From Candidatus Aenigmatarchaeota archaeon (GTDB lineage: Archaea; Aenigmatarchaeota; Aenigmatarchaeia; CG10238-14; SCSR01), in NCBI GenBank assembly GCA_039090665.1, contig JAWCSL010000009.1, forward strand, positions 1 through 32,149: a stretch of DNA of 32,149 nt, written 5' to 3'. Below, piece after piece: positions 1-9,153 of this stretch. A model generated the notes under the pieces. The model was not told the origin of the DNA, did not search any database, and saw nothing but the letters and a program-made list of their open reading frames with translations. Within the stretch, counting starts at the first letter, position 1; each line of letters begins with the position of its first letter. The position numbers and the translations under genes were made by a program.

Positions 1-681
1 GTAAGAGGAAATTCAGGATATGTTACTCTAACCTTATATGGTGGGGTAAAGAATTATTTAACTGAGTTCCATTCTTTTGTGGAAGAATTACAATACTTAA
101 ATGATGAATTGCAATATGAGTATCTCAAAGAAATTGTCAAAAAAATTAAAGAAATTGCACCTATCGAAGATAACCAGGTGAGAATTGCTATAAGCTTAGT
201 TCAAAACATACCATATGACTATGAAAAATTTGGGAAAACAGACTACAAAAGCAGATTTCCGTATGAAGTACTTTATGAGAATAAAGGTGTTTGTGGAGAA
301 AAATCAAGATTGTTGGCGTTCATTCTGAGGGAACTTGGTTATGGTGTAGTTTATTTTGAATTCAAAACTGAAAATCATAGAGCTATAGGTATCAAGTGTC
401 CATTGGAATATTCTTATAAAAACACTGGTTACTGTTTTATAGAAACTGCCAGACCAACTATACCAACATACTCAGAATCAGAATATATAGGTGTGGGTAA
501 ACTTACTTCTATTCCTGAAATTATCAAGATTTCTGATGGTAAATCATTTGATAGTATTTGGGAAGAGTATAAAGATGCTCAGGAATGGAGCTTGTTGGCC
601 TCAAAAAAATATTTAAATATGTTCGAATATTCACGATGGAAATATTTAGTAAACAAATATGGAATTGAAGTAGGTGGGTAA
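1..681 (+). CDS. Transglutaminase-like (papain-fold) domain protein, 5'-partial
   Basis: Frame is open from base 1, with no stop before the GTG at 79. Motifs PYEVLYENKGVCGEKS (Cys), NHRAIG (His) and YCFIET fit a transglutaminase-like Cys-His-acid triad. Confidence 0.7.
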   Translation, partial: VRGNSGYVTLTLYGGVKNYLTEFHSFVEELQYLNDELQYEYLKEIVKKIKEIAPIEDNQVRIAISLVQNIPYDYEKFGKTDYKSRFPYEVLYENKGVCGEKSRLLAFILRELGYGVVYFEFKTENHRAIGIKCPLEYSYKNTGYCFIETARPTIPTYSESEYIGVGKLTSIPEIIKISDGKSFDSIWEEYKDAQEWSLLASKKYLNMFEYSRWKYLVNKYGIEVGG

Positions 682-707
682 AGAGATTAAAACAAAAAAC
701 TTTATAT

Positions 708-1217
708 TTATTTTTTCTTCATTAATCTGGGGACAACAAACCAAACAAAAATAACCCAAATAGGAAGAGCTAAAATCCCATATCCCAAATATTCAAAGTT
801 AATCGCTCCTAAAATAAACATAATAATTATACCTAAAACTATTAAACCGAACCTTATCCATTCGCTTTTTGTACCTAAAGCACTTCCTTTTTCGGGTTCT
901 TTGAAAATATTTCTGTTAGTGTAGAGCCAATAAATTGAGATTATATTTAAAATTATAAAAAGCAAAGTTAAAGGACTTAAATAAGTGAACATAAAGTAAG
1001 AATAACCCATAGTAGAGATAAGTTTACCAATTATAACCACATACATCCAATCCTTTCTCATTTTCCATAAACCATAATACAAAGCAATAATGTAAAGTAT
1101 ACCAACTACACCTCCATATCCAGCAGAGATGGAGAAAAAGACAAACATTAGATGTAAAATATCATAAATAATAATTAGTTTAAGACCCAGCGGTCTTTTT
1201 AACTTTTCTTCTACCAT
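708..1217 (-). CDS. Hypothetical multi-pass membrane protein
   Basis: 169-aa ORF with about 6 hydrophobic segments. Confidence 0.65.
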   Translation of the reverse strand: MVEEKLKRPLGLKLIIIYDILHLMFVFFSISAGYGGVVGILYIIALYYGLWKMRKDWMYVVIIGKLISTMGYSYFMFTYLSPLTLLFIILNIISIYWLYTNRNIFKEPEKGSALGTKSEWIRFGLIVLGIIIMFILGAINFEYLGYGILALPIWVIFVWFVVPRLMKKK

Positions 1218-1231
1218 TTTATACCCACTTC

Positions 1232-1459
1232 TTATTTTATTTCAACTAAAAACTTGTTGCCATCCCTATCAAAACAATAGCAATACTTAGTATAAAAATC
1301 ATAGTTGTATGATCTATATCCTTTATCCTCACATGTTGCAGAGCATCTTGCTTCATTAACAATGTATTCATAACCTGCCCAATTGATGTAAATTATGTAG
1401 ATACTTTCAATAGTAACTATTATAATTAAAATTATTGCAACAGTTTTCCAATCAACCAT
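1232..1459 (-). CDS. Small membrane-anchored Cys-containing hypothetical protein
   Basis: N-terminal TM helix followed by CxxxC...CxC; 14 bp upstream of the 169-aa ORF on the same strand. Confidence 0.6.
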   Translation of the reverse strand: MVDWKTVAIILIIIVTIESIYIIYINWAGYEYIVNEARCSATCEDKGYRSYNYDFYTKYCYCFDRDGNKFLVEIK

Positions 1460-1675
1460 AAATAGTATTTAATGTTAGAAATATATTTATTTTATACTAT
1501 TTGTAGAGAAATAAAACAATTAAATTGAAACCCTCGATTTGAAAACCTTTAAATTTATCCGTTACCTTATCTTTAGTATGGTAGTACAAACCAAAGACAA
1601 GGTAACTTTGGACTTAACTAATATTTCTGTTTCTTTGTTTAAAAGTTTAGTTGAAGAAAAAAGGAAGGTGGTTTT

Positions 1676-1795
1676 ATGTCTGAACCTAAACCAAAACTTG
1701 AAGTTAAAAGCAGAGAACTGAACTTAGGGTTCAAATCCCAGGCGGGGCATACTTATTTCTTCAATATACACAGGATTAAAAATAAGAAAGTCTGA
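1676..1795 (+). other. Short SD-led ORF running through a tRNA 3' fragment; candidate int(N) remnant of a split integrase
   Basis: AGGAAGGTG at 1662-1670 precedes the ATG at 1676. The 39-aa ORF MSEPKPKLEVKSRELNLGFKSQAGH... reads through the tRNA-like 23-mer. Confidence 0.3.
1727..1749 (+). mobile_element. Orphan tRNA 3' end (T-loop, acceptor 3' strand, discriminator); putative attR site
   Basis: GGGTTCAAATCCCAGGCGGGGCA parses as GGG-TTCAAAT-CCCAG-GCGGGGC-A. It is GC-rich in an AT-rich context and has no 5' tRNA half upstream. Confidence 0.65.
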
Positions 1796-1824
1796 AAACC
1801 AGCAAAGTTTATCTATTTTTAAAG

Positions 1825-2454
1825 TTAAGATAAAATTTCAACTCTCGCTTCTTTCACAAGCTCTTTAAACCTTTCAGCATCTCTTTCACTTCCAACTATT
1901 TTACCATAATGCATCGGTACAGCAACTTTAGGCTTGAAAGAATTAACTGCTTTAGCAGCTTCTTCTGCGTTCATGGTGTAAGTCCCACCAACAGGAAGCA
2001 AAGCTATGTCTATTGCCTTAAGCTCTTTCATCTCCGGCACAAAATCAGTATCACCAGCATGGTAAATTCTCACTCCTTCAATTTCAATCACATACCCAAC
2101 CCAATTGCTTGCTCTTGTATGAAAAGCTTTGGACAAATTGTAAGCAGGAACTGTGGAGAATTTTATTCCTTTAACTTCATAGCTTTTTCCAGGCAAAACA
2201 GGAAAAGTCTTGAAATTCCTGAGCTTAGCTATGCAATCTTCAGTTATCACAGCGACTGTGTCTTCTTTTACAAGCTTTCTTATATCATCAACAGAGCAAT
2301 GGTCATAATGTTCATGTGTTATGAAAATCAAGTCAGCTTTATCTTTTTCGGTTACTTGAAAAGGATCTATATAGATTGTTAGCTTGTTGGAAATTTTGAA
2401 AGAAGCATGACCAAGCCATTTTATTTTCAACTTTTCATATTCAAGAGTTTTCAT
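1825..2454 (-). CDS. MBL-fold metallo-hydrolase (UPF0173/UlaG-like)
   Basis: WLGHASF, IDPF, THEHYDH, YHAGDT and PMHYG motifs. Confidence 0.9.
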   Translation of the reverse strand: MKTLEYEKLKIKWLGHASFKISNKLTIYIDPFQVTEKDKADLIFITHEHYDHCSVDDIRKLVKEDTVAVITEDCIAKLRNFKTFPVLPGKSYEVKGIKFSTVPAYNLSKAFHTRASNWVGYVIEIEGVRIYHAGDTDFVPEMKELKAIDIALLPVGGTYTMNAEEAAKAVNSFKPKVAVPMHYGKIVGSERDAERFKELVKEARVEILS

Positions 2455-2491
2455 AATTAAAGTTTTATGAATTATAGATAAAATAAAGATT

Positions 2492-3244
2492 ATGGACTCT
2501 GATTATCAACTTGTTATTGTTGCTGGCGGTGAAGGAAAGAGAATTTCTCACATAACAAAAGGACGTCCAAAATGTTTATTGGAAATAGAGAGAAAAACAT
2601 TGTTAGATTATTGTATTGAGCTTTATCCTACTGTAAATGATATTATTTTACTTTTGGGTTATGGTGCAGAAGAAGTGAAAAAATATGTAGAAAATAAAAA
2701 GATGGAACCACCTTATGTTTCTAAAACAATAAAATATTCTATTGAAGAAAAATTGTTGGGAAAAGGAGGAGCCATTCGCAATGCTTTGGAGAATGAAGTT
2801 ATAGACAGAAAAAAAGGGTACATAATTCACTATCCAGATGATTTAGTACTTGAAGGAAAAGATTTTGGAAATAAATTGATATCTCAACATGAAAAGAATA
2901 AAGAGAGGGGTTATTTAGTAACAATAGTTGTGGTAGAAGAGGTAGAATATCCTTTTGGTAGAGTTAAACTGGAAAATGGTTGTGTTGTGGGGTTTGAAGA
3001 AAAACCTTGGGTTCCTGTAATGACCAATATTGGGGTTTATGTGTTAGAGCCAGAAGTTAATGAATTTATTAAGAAATATGAACCCCCTTTTGATTTTGAA
3101 TCAAAAATTTTAAAAGAGTTGTGTGAAAAAAGAAAAGCAGGAATCATGGTTATAGATAAAGAAAATTGGATTTCTATAAATGATGAAAAAGGATTAAAAA
3201 AAGCGGAGGAAAGAATTAAACATTCTTGGCACGAGCTTTCATAA
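2492..3244 (+). CDS. Sugar-phosphate nucleotidyltransferase family protein
   Basis: VAGGEGKR...PKCLL, LGKGGAI and FEEKP motifs. Confidence 0.88.
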   Translation: MDSDYQLVIVAGGEGKRISHITKGRPKCLLEIERKTLLDYCIELYPTVNDIILLLGYGAEEVKKYVENKKMEPPYVSKTIKYSIEEKLLGKGGAIRNALENEVIDRKKGYIIHYPDDLVLEGKDFGNKLISQHEKNKERGYLVTIVVVEEVEYPFGRVKLENGCVVGFEEKPWVPVMTNIGVYVLEPEVNEFIKKYEPPFDFESKILKELCEKRKAGIMVIDKENWISINDEKGLKKAEERIKHSWHELS

Positions 3245-3300
3245 AAAAGCTTCATTTCTTTTGGAAGATTTAAGTTTTTCTTATGCTAATTTAATCTTGA

Positions 3301-4158
3301 ATGTATGAGAAGCTTTGCTTGAATTTAGTGAGTGAAGAAGAAGCTGATGTCGAGATCTTTGGAGCCTTGCTTGGGAAGAATTCGAAGAAAATGCTTTCTT
3401 CTTTAAGAAAAACAAGCTGGTTTGTTGAGTGGTTTGATGTTGATAGGGAGAAGAATTTGATTGAAAATGTTAAGGTTGCAGATATTGGTAATGTGAAAGA
3501 AAGTGAAATAGAAGAAACTGTGAAGAAAATTTTGAACAAGGGAAAAATTCCTTTCATGCTTTCTGAATCACACTTAGCAACTTACTTTGCTTTGAAAGCC
3601 TTTGATGATGTGAAGGTTGTAAGCTTTGATGCACATTTTGACATAAAGAATAGCTATGTTGACGAGAAAATGGTTGAATCTGTTTTTCCTCTCAAACTGA
3701 GTGAAGAAGAGATAAAAAAGTTTAACAGGGCGACATGGGCAAGAAGAAGCTTTGATGAAGGCAAAAGCGATTTTTGTTTTGTTGGTGTAAGATCGGGAGA
3801 TGAGTTTGATTTGGAGTTCGTGAAAGCAAAGAATTTGCTTTATTTCACACCAAAAATGATAAGAGAAAATTTGGAAAATGTGAAGAAAAGGCTGGGAGAA
3901 TTTTGTAAGAAAAGCAGAATTTACTTAACTATGGATATAGATGTTTTTGATCCAAGCATTGCTCCTGCTGTTGGACATCCTGAGCCGGATGGAATTTTTT
4001 GGTTTCAATTTCAAGAATTGCTAAAAGAAGTTTTCAAAGGTAAGGTTATTGGGCTTGATTTGGTGGAGATTGAACCTATTGAAGGAAATAGAGTGACAGA
4101 ATTCTTGGCAAGCAGGATAATTTTTGAAACTTTATTTTTATTAAAATCTAGTGAGTAA
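3301..4158 (+). CDS. Arginase/agmatinase (ureohydrolase) family protein, divergent
   Basis: FDAHFD, MDIDVFDPSIAPAVGHPEPDG and DLVEIEP motifs; the GGDH motif appears as SESH. Confidence 0.85.
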   Translation: MYEKLCLNLVSEEEADVEIFGALLGKNSKKMLSSLRKTSWFVEWFDVDREKNLIENVKVADIGNVKESEIEETVKKILNKGKIPFMLSESHLATYFALKAFDDVKVVSFDAHFDIKNSYVDEKMVESVFPLKLSEEEIKKFNRATWARRSFDEGKSDFCFVGVRSGDEFDLEFVKAKNLLYFTPKMIRENLENVKKRLGEFCKKSRIYLTMDIDVFDPSIAPAVGHPEPDGIFWFQFQELLKEVFKGKVIGLDLVEIEPIEGNRVTEFLASRIIFETLFLLKSSE

Positions 4159-4170
4159 ATTTATTATTGA

Positions 4171-4256
4171 GCGGGGGTCGCGTAGCCTGGTCAATCGCGC
4201 AGGCCTGAGGCGCCTGTGGCTTAGTGCCTACGTGGGTTCAAATCCCACCTCCCGCA
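4171..4256 (+). tRNA. tRNA-Leu(GAG), no intron, CCA not encoded
   Basis: Acceptor GCGGGGG/CTCCCGC-A, anticodon arm CAGGC-CTGAGGC-GCCTG, long variable arm, T-arm GTGGG-TTCAAAT-CCCAC. Confidence 0.95.
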
Positions 4257-4375
4257 TCAAGTTACACAACAGTTTAAAACTGATTTTGTTTGAGTCATTT
4301 CCCTACCAACAAAGAAGCTTTCTTAACAAAAAATTGTAAAAAATATCAGTTGGAAATAAGTTTTTATCTATCCTC

Positions 4376-4654
4376 TTATTCGCTGGTGAAGTAGACATAC
4401 AAAGAAAGAAGAGCTGCTCCGATACCTGCAGCTAAAAGGGTGGATTCTGTAGGATAATGATAAAAAACCCAATCCTTAAGATGTCCTGATAAAAATGCTG
4501 TAAGCCAATCTACTTTAGTAAGTTCTGGTCTAACAACAACATTTGCCTTAGCAGAAAATTGTGACCACAAACTATAGACATAACCTATACCAGCTCCTAC
4601 ACTACCTGAGACTAAATACTTTAAATTATCTCCTATTTTTTCCTTAATTCTCAT
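4376..4654 (-). CDS. Hypothetical two-TM membrane protein
   Basis: 92-aa ORF with two Gly-rich hydrophobic helices. Confidence 0.65.
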   Translation of the reverse strand: MRIKEKIGDNLKYLVSGSVGAGIGYVYSLWSQFSAKANVVVRPELTKVDWLTAFLSGHLKDWVFYHYPTESTLLAAGIGAALLSLYVYFTSE

Positions 4655-4864
4655 AAATAATTAATAAAAAAGTTAAAAATTTAAAGTAGAAGCGAAAAAA
4701 GTAGATAACTGCCACATACTTTATAAAACCAGTATAATTTTTCCCAGGCTTCATTCCTTTTGATCTTTACCAGACTTTGCATTTTCAATTATCTTTTAAA
4801 AAAAGAGAATGAAGTCCTCTCCTAAATCATTTATCCTTATATTTAAAAATCAATAATTTAAATC

Positions 4865-5041
4865 ATGGAGGTTCAAAAAAAGAAATGTGTTCTAATAGAT
4901 TGCAACAATACAGCTGTTGGTAATTGTAACAATTGTGGTATTCCGATTTGCGAAAAACATTCAAGAAAAATTGGCAAATTTTACATTTGTGTGAATTGTT
5001 ATGAATACATCAACAAAAGGCTTAAAGTTAGACAATATTGA
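4865..5041 (+). CDS. Small zinc-finger protein (B-box/AN1-like), 58 aa, absent from the ORF track
   Basis: Manual translation MEVQKKKCVLIDCNNTAVGNCNNCGIPICEKHSRKIGKFYICVNCYEYINKRLKVRQY gives C-x4-C-x7-C-x2-C-x4-C-x2-H-x9-C-x2-C. Confidence 0.75.
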   Translation: MEVQKKKCVLIDCNNTAVGNCNNCGIPICEKHSRKIGKFYICVNCYEYINKRLKVRQY

Positions 5042-5738
5042 ATTTGACAACAAGATTTTGTTGATATTCATACTCTTTTTATTCTTATTTCCTCTTGTAA
5101 AAGCTTGCATTACAACCGATTACCACTTCACTCTAAACATTGGTGATTTGAAAATCAATCAAGAAAAGTTGGAAAGCTTGTGTGATGAAAAAAGTTGTTA
5201 TGTAACAGAAGAATTTACGGTGTTAAAATCAAGCTATGATGAAAGAGTCGCAATCATAATCGGAAAAACTTCTTCAATTCTTGGCTTCAAAGGAATAACC
5301 TTTAAGCTACCTTATACTTTGAATGAAGAAAACATGCCAACAATTTCAGAAGTAGATCCTGAAAAATATGATTGGAAAATTTTGGTGAAAAATGATTTGA
5401 ATTTTCTCAAAAAATTGGAAGTTCTTGAAATTTCTCCAGAAGAGATAGAAGAAATTTCAAATTTAGCTGAAAACGGGAAAAACATAGTTTTTTGCAATTC
5501 AAAGTGGCAAGCTTTAGAGCCAAATTGTTATTGCAGTTTGAATGAAATAACAGGAGAAAATTTTGTTTGTGTGAGGTGTAGTGCACCTGCTTTTAATATA
5601 AAGCTACCCGAAAGTTTGTTGAGTTTAAAAGAAAATTCTGAATCCGAAAATTTAAAACTGTCAAGAATTTTAGTTTTTGTGGTGATAATTGTTTTGGTTG
5701 TGATAGTTTATAAAATCAAGGTCAAAAAAGTGTTGTGA
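5001..5738 (+). CDS. Predicted secreted, C-terminally anchored cell-surface protein (true start probably a TTG near 5045-5061)
   Basis: Signal-peptide-like ILLIFILFLFLFPLVKA-C, several Cys, and a C-terminal TM helix followed by a basic tail. Confidence 0.7.
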   Translation: MNTSTKGLKLDNIEFDNKILLIFILFLFLFPLVKACITTDYHFTLNIGDLKINQEKLESLCDEKSCYVTEEFTVLKSSYDERVAIIIGKTSSILGFKGITFKLPYTLNEENMPTISEVDPEKYDWKILVKNDLNFLKKLEVLEISPEEIEEISNLAENGKNIVFCNSKWQALEPNCYCSLNEITGENFVCVRCSAPAFNIKLPESLLSLKENSESENLKLSRILVFVVIIVLVVIVYKIKVKKVL

Positions 5739-5978
5739 GCCCAAAAAAGAGCTGAGAATATTTCAAAACCGACTTTATTCTTAAAACTTAAATAATTTAA
5801 TGCTATTCTAAAATTTTATGTCAGAGGGGTTTATAAAATTAAGGAATATCTTATTTGGTTTTTTAGAAAGACCTTTTACCGGTGATTAACCAATACTGTA
5901 AGAGAAATAAGAAAAACAATAAATGAAATTAAGAACAATAATGCCATTTCTTCATTTAACACAAATCTAGGTCAGTTT

Positions 5979-6416
5979 TTGCTAGAAAAAAATTATAGAG
6001 TAGAATATTTAGGGTTTCTTCCAGACGTTCTTTTTAATTCCATTGAAAATTTGCCTATAGAATTTAAAAATCATATTGGTGAATCTGGATATTTTCCCTT
6101 TTTAAATGAAAAAGACTTTGAACCTTTTAGAGATATTTTTTTCAGAGTTCAGGCATGTGGCTCAGGAAGATATATTACTTTAATCCAACTTCATGAATGT
6201 GAAAATGTAGTAGCAAGCATTTATAATATCACAGGAGTGGAAAATTCTTCAAGAAGTAAAATTATTTATGTAACACTTTCAGCAATAAATTGGCGAAATT
6301 CAAATTATTACTCAAAACACTTAGCAGTTAAGGATAGAAAAGTTTACAGTTCTCAAATTGAAAAATTATTAAAATTGTGTGAGAAAATTAATGAGGAGTC
6401 TACTCATAGTTTGTGA
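5979..6416 (+). CDS. Hypothetical protein, possibly frameshifted (ATG at 5818 in another frame)
   Basis: 145-aa ORF with the frame open from 5886; the upstream 23-aa ORF 5818..5889 ends where this frame opens. Confidence 0.5.
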   Translation: MLEKNYRVEYLGFLPDVLFNSIENLPIEFKNHIGESGYFPFLNEKDFEPFRDIFFRVQACGSGRYITLIQLHECENVVASIYNITGVENSSRSKIIYVTLSAINWRNSNYYSKHLAVKDRKVYSSQIEKLLKLCEKINEESTHSL

Positions 6417-6919
6417 ACCAAATCATCCAGCTTTCTTCTTTCTGTAGGTATAGGCTCTTCTGCTGGGTAGCCTATAGGAATTATTGCCACAGGTTGCAAA
6501 CCTTCTGGCTTTCCAAGAACTTTTAAAACTTCTTCATCATCAAAAGCTCCAACCCAGCAAGAAGCCAAGCCCAAAGCTGTAGCTGCAAGCTGAGCATAAG
6601 CTGCAGCTATTGTTGCGTCTTGAATTGAATACAGGCTTCTTCCCCTTTTTCCATATTTCTTTCCAGATCTTTCAGGATTAGCGCAAAAAACTAACACAAC
6701 AGGAGCTTCTGCTATGAAGCTTTGGGCGAAAGAAGCTAAAGCTAGTTCTCTCTTCTTCTTTTCATCTTGAACCAAAAATATCTCGTAAGCTTGTAAATTG
6801 CCGGCCGAGGGAGAGGAGTTAACAGCTTCCAAGATTTGTTTTATTTTACTCTCTTCTATTGGTCTTGGAGAAAAAGCCCTTACTGAATGCCTTTTCTTCA
6901 AAACATCAAAAAACTCCAT
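6404..6919 (-). CDS. Nitroreductase family protein
   Basis: KRHSVRAF, SPSAGNLQ, LGLASCWVGAF and PIGYP motifs. Confidence 0.93.
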   Translation of the reverse strand: MEFFDVLKKRHSVRAFSPRPIEESKIKQILEAVNSSPSAGNLQAYEIFLVQDEKKKRELALASFAQSFIAEAPVVLVFCANPERSGKKYGKRGRSLYSIQDATIAAAYAQLAATALGLASCWVGAFDDEEVLKVLGKPEGLQPVAIIPIGYPAEEPIPTERRKLDDLVHKL

Positions 6920-7023
6920 AATTCTATTTTAAAATTCAAATTAAAAAATAATGAAAGCCTTTCAAAAAAGGTGAAATTTTTGATATGAGTAAAACAAATG
7001 TCAAATTAATATCTACATTTTCT

Positions 7024-8124
7024 CTATAGTTGCTTCTTTCTTATTCTTTCTTTCGCAATTTCTAAAGCAGCATCTCTAGGCAAAATATTTTCTTTCTTCG
7101 TTTTTCTTAAAACAGTTTTAGTGTTTTTCTTTATCTTTTTCTCAACCAAAGCAAACATCTTATTTTCATCATATCCCTTGTATTCACAGTAAGAGGAAAT
7201 TAGGCCACCAGCATTGGCAACAAAATCCGGAACTACTAAAATTCCTCTTTCATGCAAAATCTTTTCAATTTCTGGCTTACAAGGAATGTTCGCAGCTTCT
7301 ACCACAAGCTTTGCTTTAATTTCGTTCACATTGTTTTCATTTATCACATCAGGTAAAGCAGCAGGAATTAAAATGTCAACAGGCAACTTAAAAATTTCTT
7401 CGTTTGGCAAAACTTGGCCTGATTGATAATTTATTACTGAACCAGTTTGCTTTTTGATTTCAAGCAGTTTATCAACTTCCAAGCCTTCCGGATTGTATAT
7501 TGCACCTTTACTATCTGCAACAGCCACAACTTTTGCTCCGGCTTGAGATAAAAATTTTGCAGCAAAAGAGCCAACATTTCCAAATCCTTCTATTGCAATT
7601 GTTGCTTTAGTTATATCAATTTTTGCAAACTTCGCTGCCACAATAGTAGAATGAAAAACTCCAAAACCTGTTGAACCAAGCTCATGAGGCAAGCCGCCAA
7701 GCTCTTTAGGCTTTCCTGTTACTGATTTCAAAGAACCATTACCTTCAACAAACCACTTCATTTCTTGCTCACCAGTATTAACATCTGGTGCTCCTATGTA
7801 ATACTTTGGAGCAATTCCTTTCAAAGCTCTACCAAAAGCTCTCATCAGTTCAGCTTTTTGTTCCAAAGAAATTTTTTTAGGATCAGCTATTATTCCAGAT
7901 TTTGCTCCCCCAAAAGGTAAGCTTGCCAAAGCACATTTGAATGTCATCACTCGAGCAAGCCTGAAAACTTCTTCTATGCTAACAGTAGGAGTCATCCTTA
8001 TGCCGCCCTTTCCCGGTCCTAAAGTTGTGTTATCAATAACCAAAATTCCTTTCAAACCAACCTTAGAATCATAAACTTCAATTATCTTCTCTGGCCCAAA
8101 CTCATCAGCAAAATTTTCTATCAT
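7024..8124 (-). CDS. gdhA: Glu/Leu/Phe/Val dehydrogenase, probably glutamate dehydrogenase
   Basis: GPGKGGIR, PFGGAKSG, GAPDVNT, GFGNVG, EAAN and PDFVANAGG motifs. Confidence 0.88.
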   Translation of the reverse strand: MIENFADEFGPEKIIEVYDSKVGLKGILVIDNTTLGPGKGGIRMTPTVSIEEVFRLARVMTFKCALASLPFGGAKSGIIADPKKISLEQKAELMRAFGRALKGIAPKYYIGAPDVNTGEQEMKWFVEGNGSLKSVTGKPKELGGLPHELGSTGFGVFHSTIVAAKFAKIDITKATIAIEGFGNVGSFAAKFLSQAGAKVVAVADSKGAIYNPEGLEVDKLLEIKKQTGSVINYQSGQVLPNEEIFKLPVDILIPAALPDVINENNVNEIKAKLVVEAANIPCKPEIEKILHERGILVVPDFVANAGGLISSYCEYKGYDENKMFALVEKKIKKNTKTVLRKTKKENILPRDAALEIAKERIRKKQL

Positions 8125-8128
8125 CTTC

Positions 8129-9106
8129 TCACTTTACCCAATCTCCAACAATTTGGACATCTTCAACTCCATGTAAATAATTGTAAGCAGCCAAAGCAGC
8201 TTTTGCCCCCTCACCTGCAGCCACAACAATCTGCTTGAATATCACATTTGTTGCATCGCCTGCAGCAAAAATTCCAGGCCTTATTTTCTCACTATCTGGA
8301 TAAAAAGTTCTGCAATTTGAGTCAACAACAATTTGGTTGTATTCATCAAGCTTTACCAAGCCTTTAACAAGAGAAGGGTCAACATCATAACCAATTTCAA
8401 TGAAAACTCCATCAACAGCAATTTCCTTTGTTTCACCAGTTTTCAAATTTTTAACCACAATCGAGCTAACTTTTTGTTCACCTTTTATTTCTGTTAAAAT
8501 GCTGCTCATCAAAAGCTCAACATTCTTTTTCTTTTTCACTTCTTCCACAAAGGCTTCAAACCCTCTAAATTCCTCTCTTCTATGGATCAAAAAAACTTTG
8601 CTCGCAAATTTGCTCAATAGCAAAGCAGCATCTAAAGCTGAATTACCTCCGCCAACAATAGCTACATTTTTATTCTTGAATAAAGGAGCATCACAAGTGG
8701 CACAGTAAGATACTCCTTTACCAATCAATTCTTTCTCTCCTGGAACATTCAAGCTTCTAGGCTTCTTGCCAAAAGCCAAAATCAAGGCTCTTGCTAAAAA
8801 TTCTTTTGTTTCAGTTTTAACCAAAAATTCTTTCTCTTGAGGTAAAATCTGTTTGACTTCATCCAAAATTATTTCAGCCCCAGCTCTTTCAGCTTGTTTT
8901 TTCATTCTATTTACCAAATTTATTCCAGAAACATTCAAAAAGCCAGGATAATTACATACAGTTTTTGAAAGCAAAACTTGCCCACCAACTGTCATGGTTA
9001 TTATCAAAGTTTTCAATTTTCTTCTGGCTGAGTAAATTCCTGCTGTTAAACCAGCAGGACCACCGCCAATAATTATCACATCATAACTTTCCATTTTGTT
9101 CACCAA
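8129..9106 (-). CDS. trxB: Thioredoxin-disulfide reductase
   Basis: GGGPAG, GVSYCATCD, GGGNSA and FAAGD motifs. Confidence 0.95.
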   Translation of the reverse strand: MVNKMESYDVIIIGGGPAGLTAGIYSARRKLKTLIITMTVGGQVLLSKTVCNYPGFLNVSGINLVNRMKKQAERAGAEIILDEVKQILPQEKEFLVKTETKEFLARALILAFGKKPRSLNVPGEKELIGKGVSYCATCDAPLFKNKNVAIVGGGNSALDAALLLSKFASKVFLIHRREEFRGFEAFVEEVKKKKNVELLMSSILTEIKGEQKVSSIVVKNLKTGETKEIAVDGVFIEIGYDVDPSLVKGLVKLDEYNQIVVDSNCRTFYPDSEKIRPGIFAAGDATNVIFKQIVVAAGEGAKAALAAYNYLHGVEDVQIVGDWVK

Positions 9107-9153
9107 AAAGCTTTATTCATAAAAATATTAAAAATGGGACCTATATTTAAATT

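Noticed and set aside
1539..1721. 60-aa ORF (or 47 aa from the ATG at 1578)
   Set aside because: No recognisable motif, and it overlaps the SD-led ORF at 1676. It cannot be excluded but is unsupported.
1700..1749. 3' half of a Nanoarchaeum-style split tRNA
   Set aside because: tRNA similarity starts within the T-stem (TAGGG does not fully pair with CCCAG), and there is no anticodon-stem 3' strand or GC-rich leader. An att remnant fits better.
1727..4247. 14-bp direct repeat GGGTTCAAATCCCA (1727-1740 and 4234-4247) read as an island integrated at tRNA-Leu
   Set aside because: The match covers only the generic T-arm and the acceptor strands differ (GGCGGGGCA versus CCTCCCGCA). The fragment also lies upstream of the tRNA, and the enclosed genes are housekeeping-type.
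4151..4339. 62-aa ORF
   Set aside because: It overlaps tRNA-Leu entirely and is spurious.
4681..4782. 33-aa minus-strand ORF MQSLVKIKRNEAWEKLYWFYKVCGSYLLFSLLL
   Set aside because: Too short and featureless to support without conservation data.
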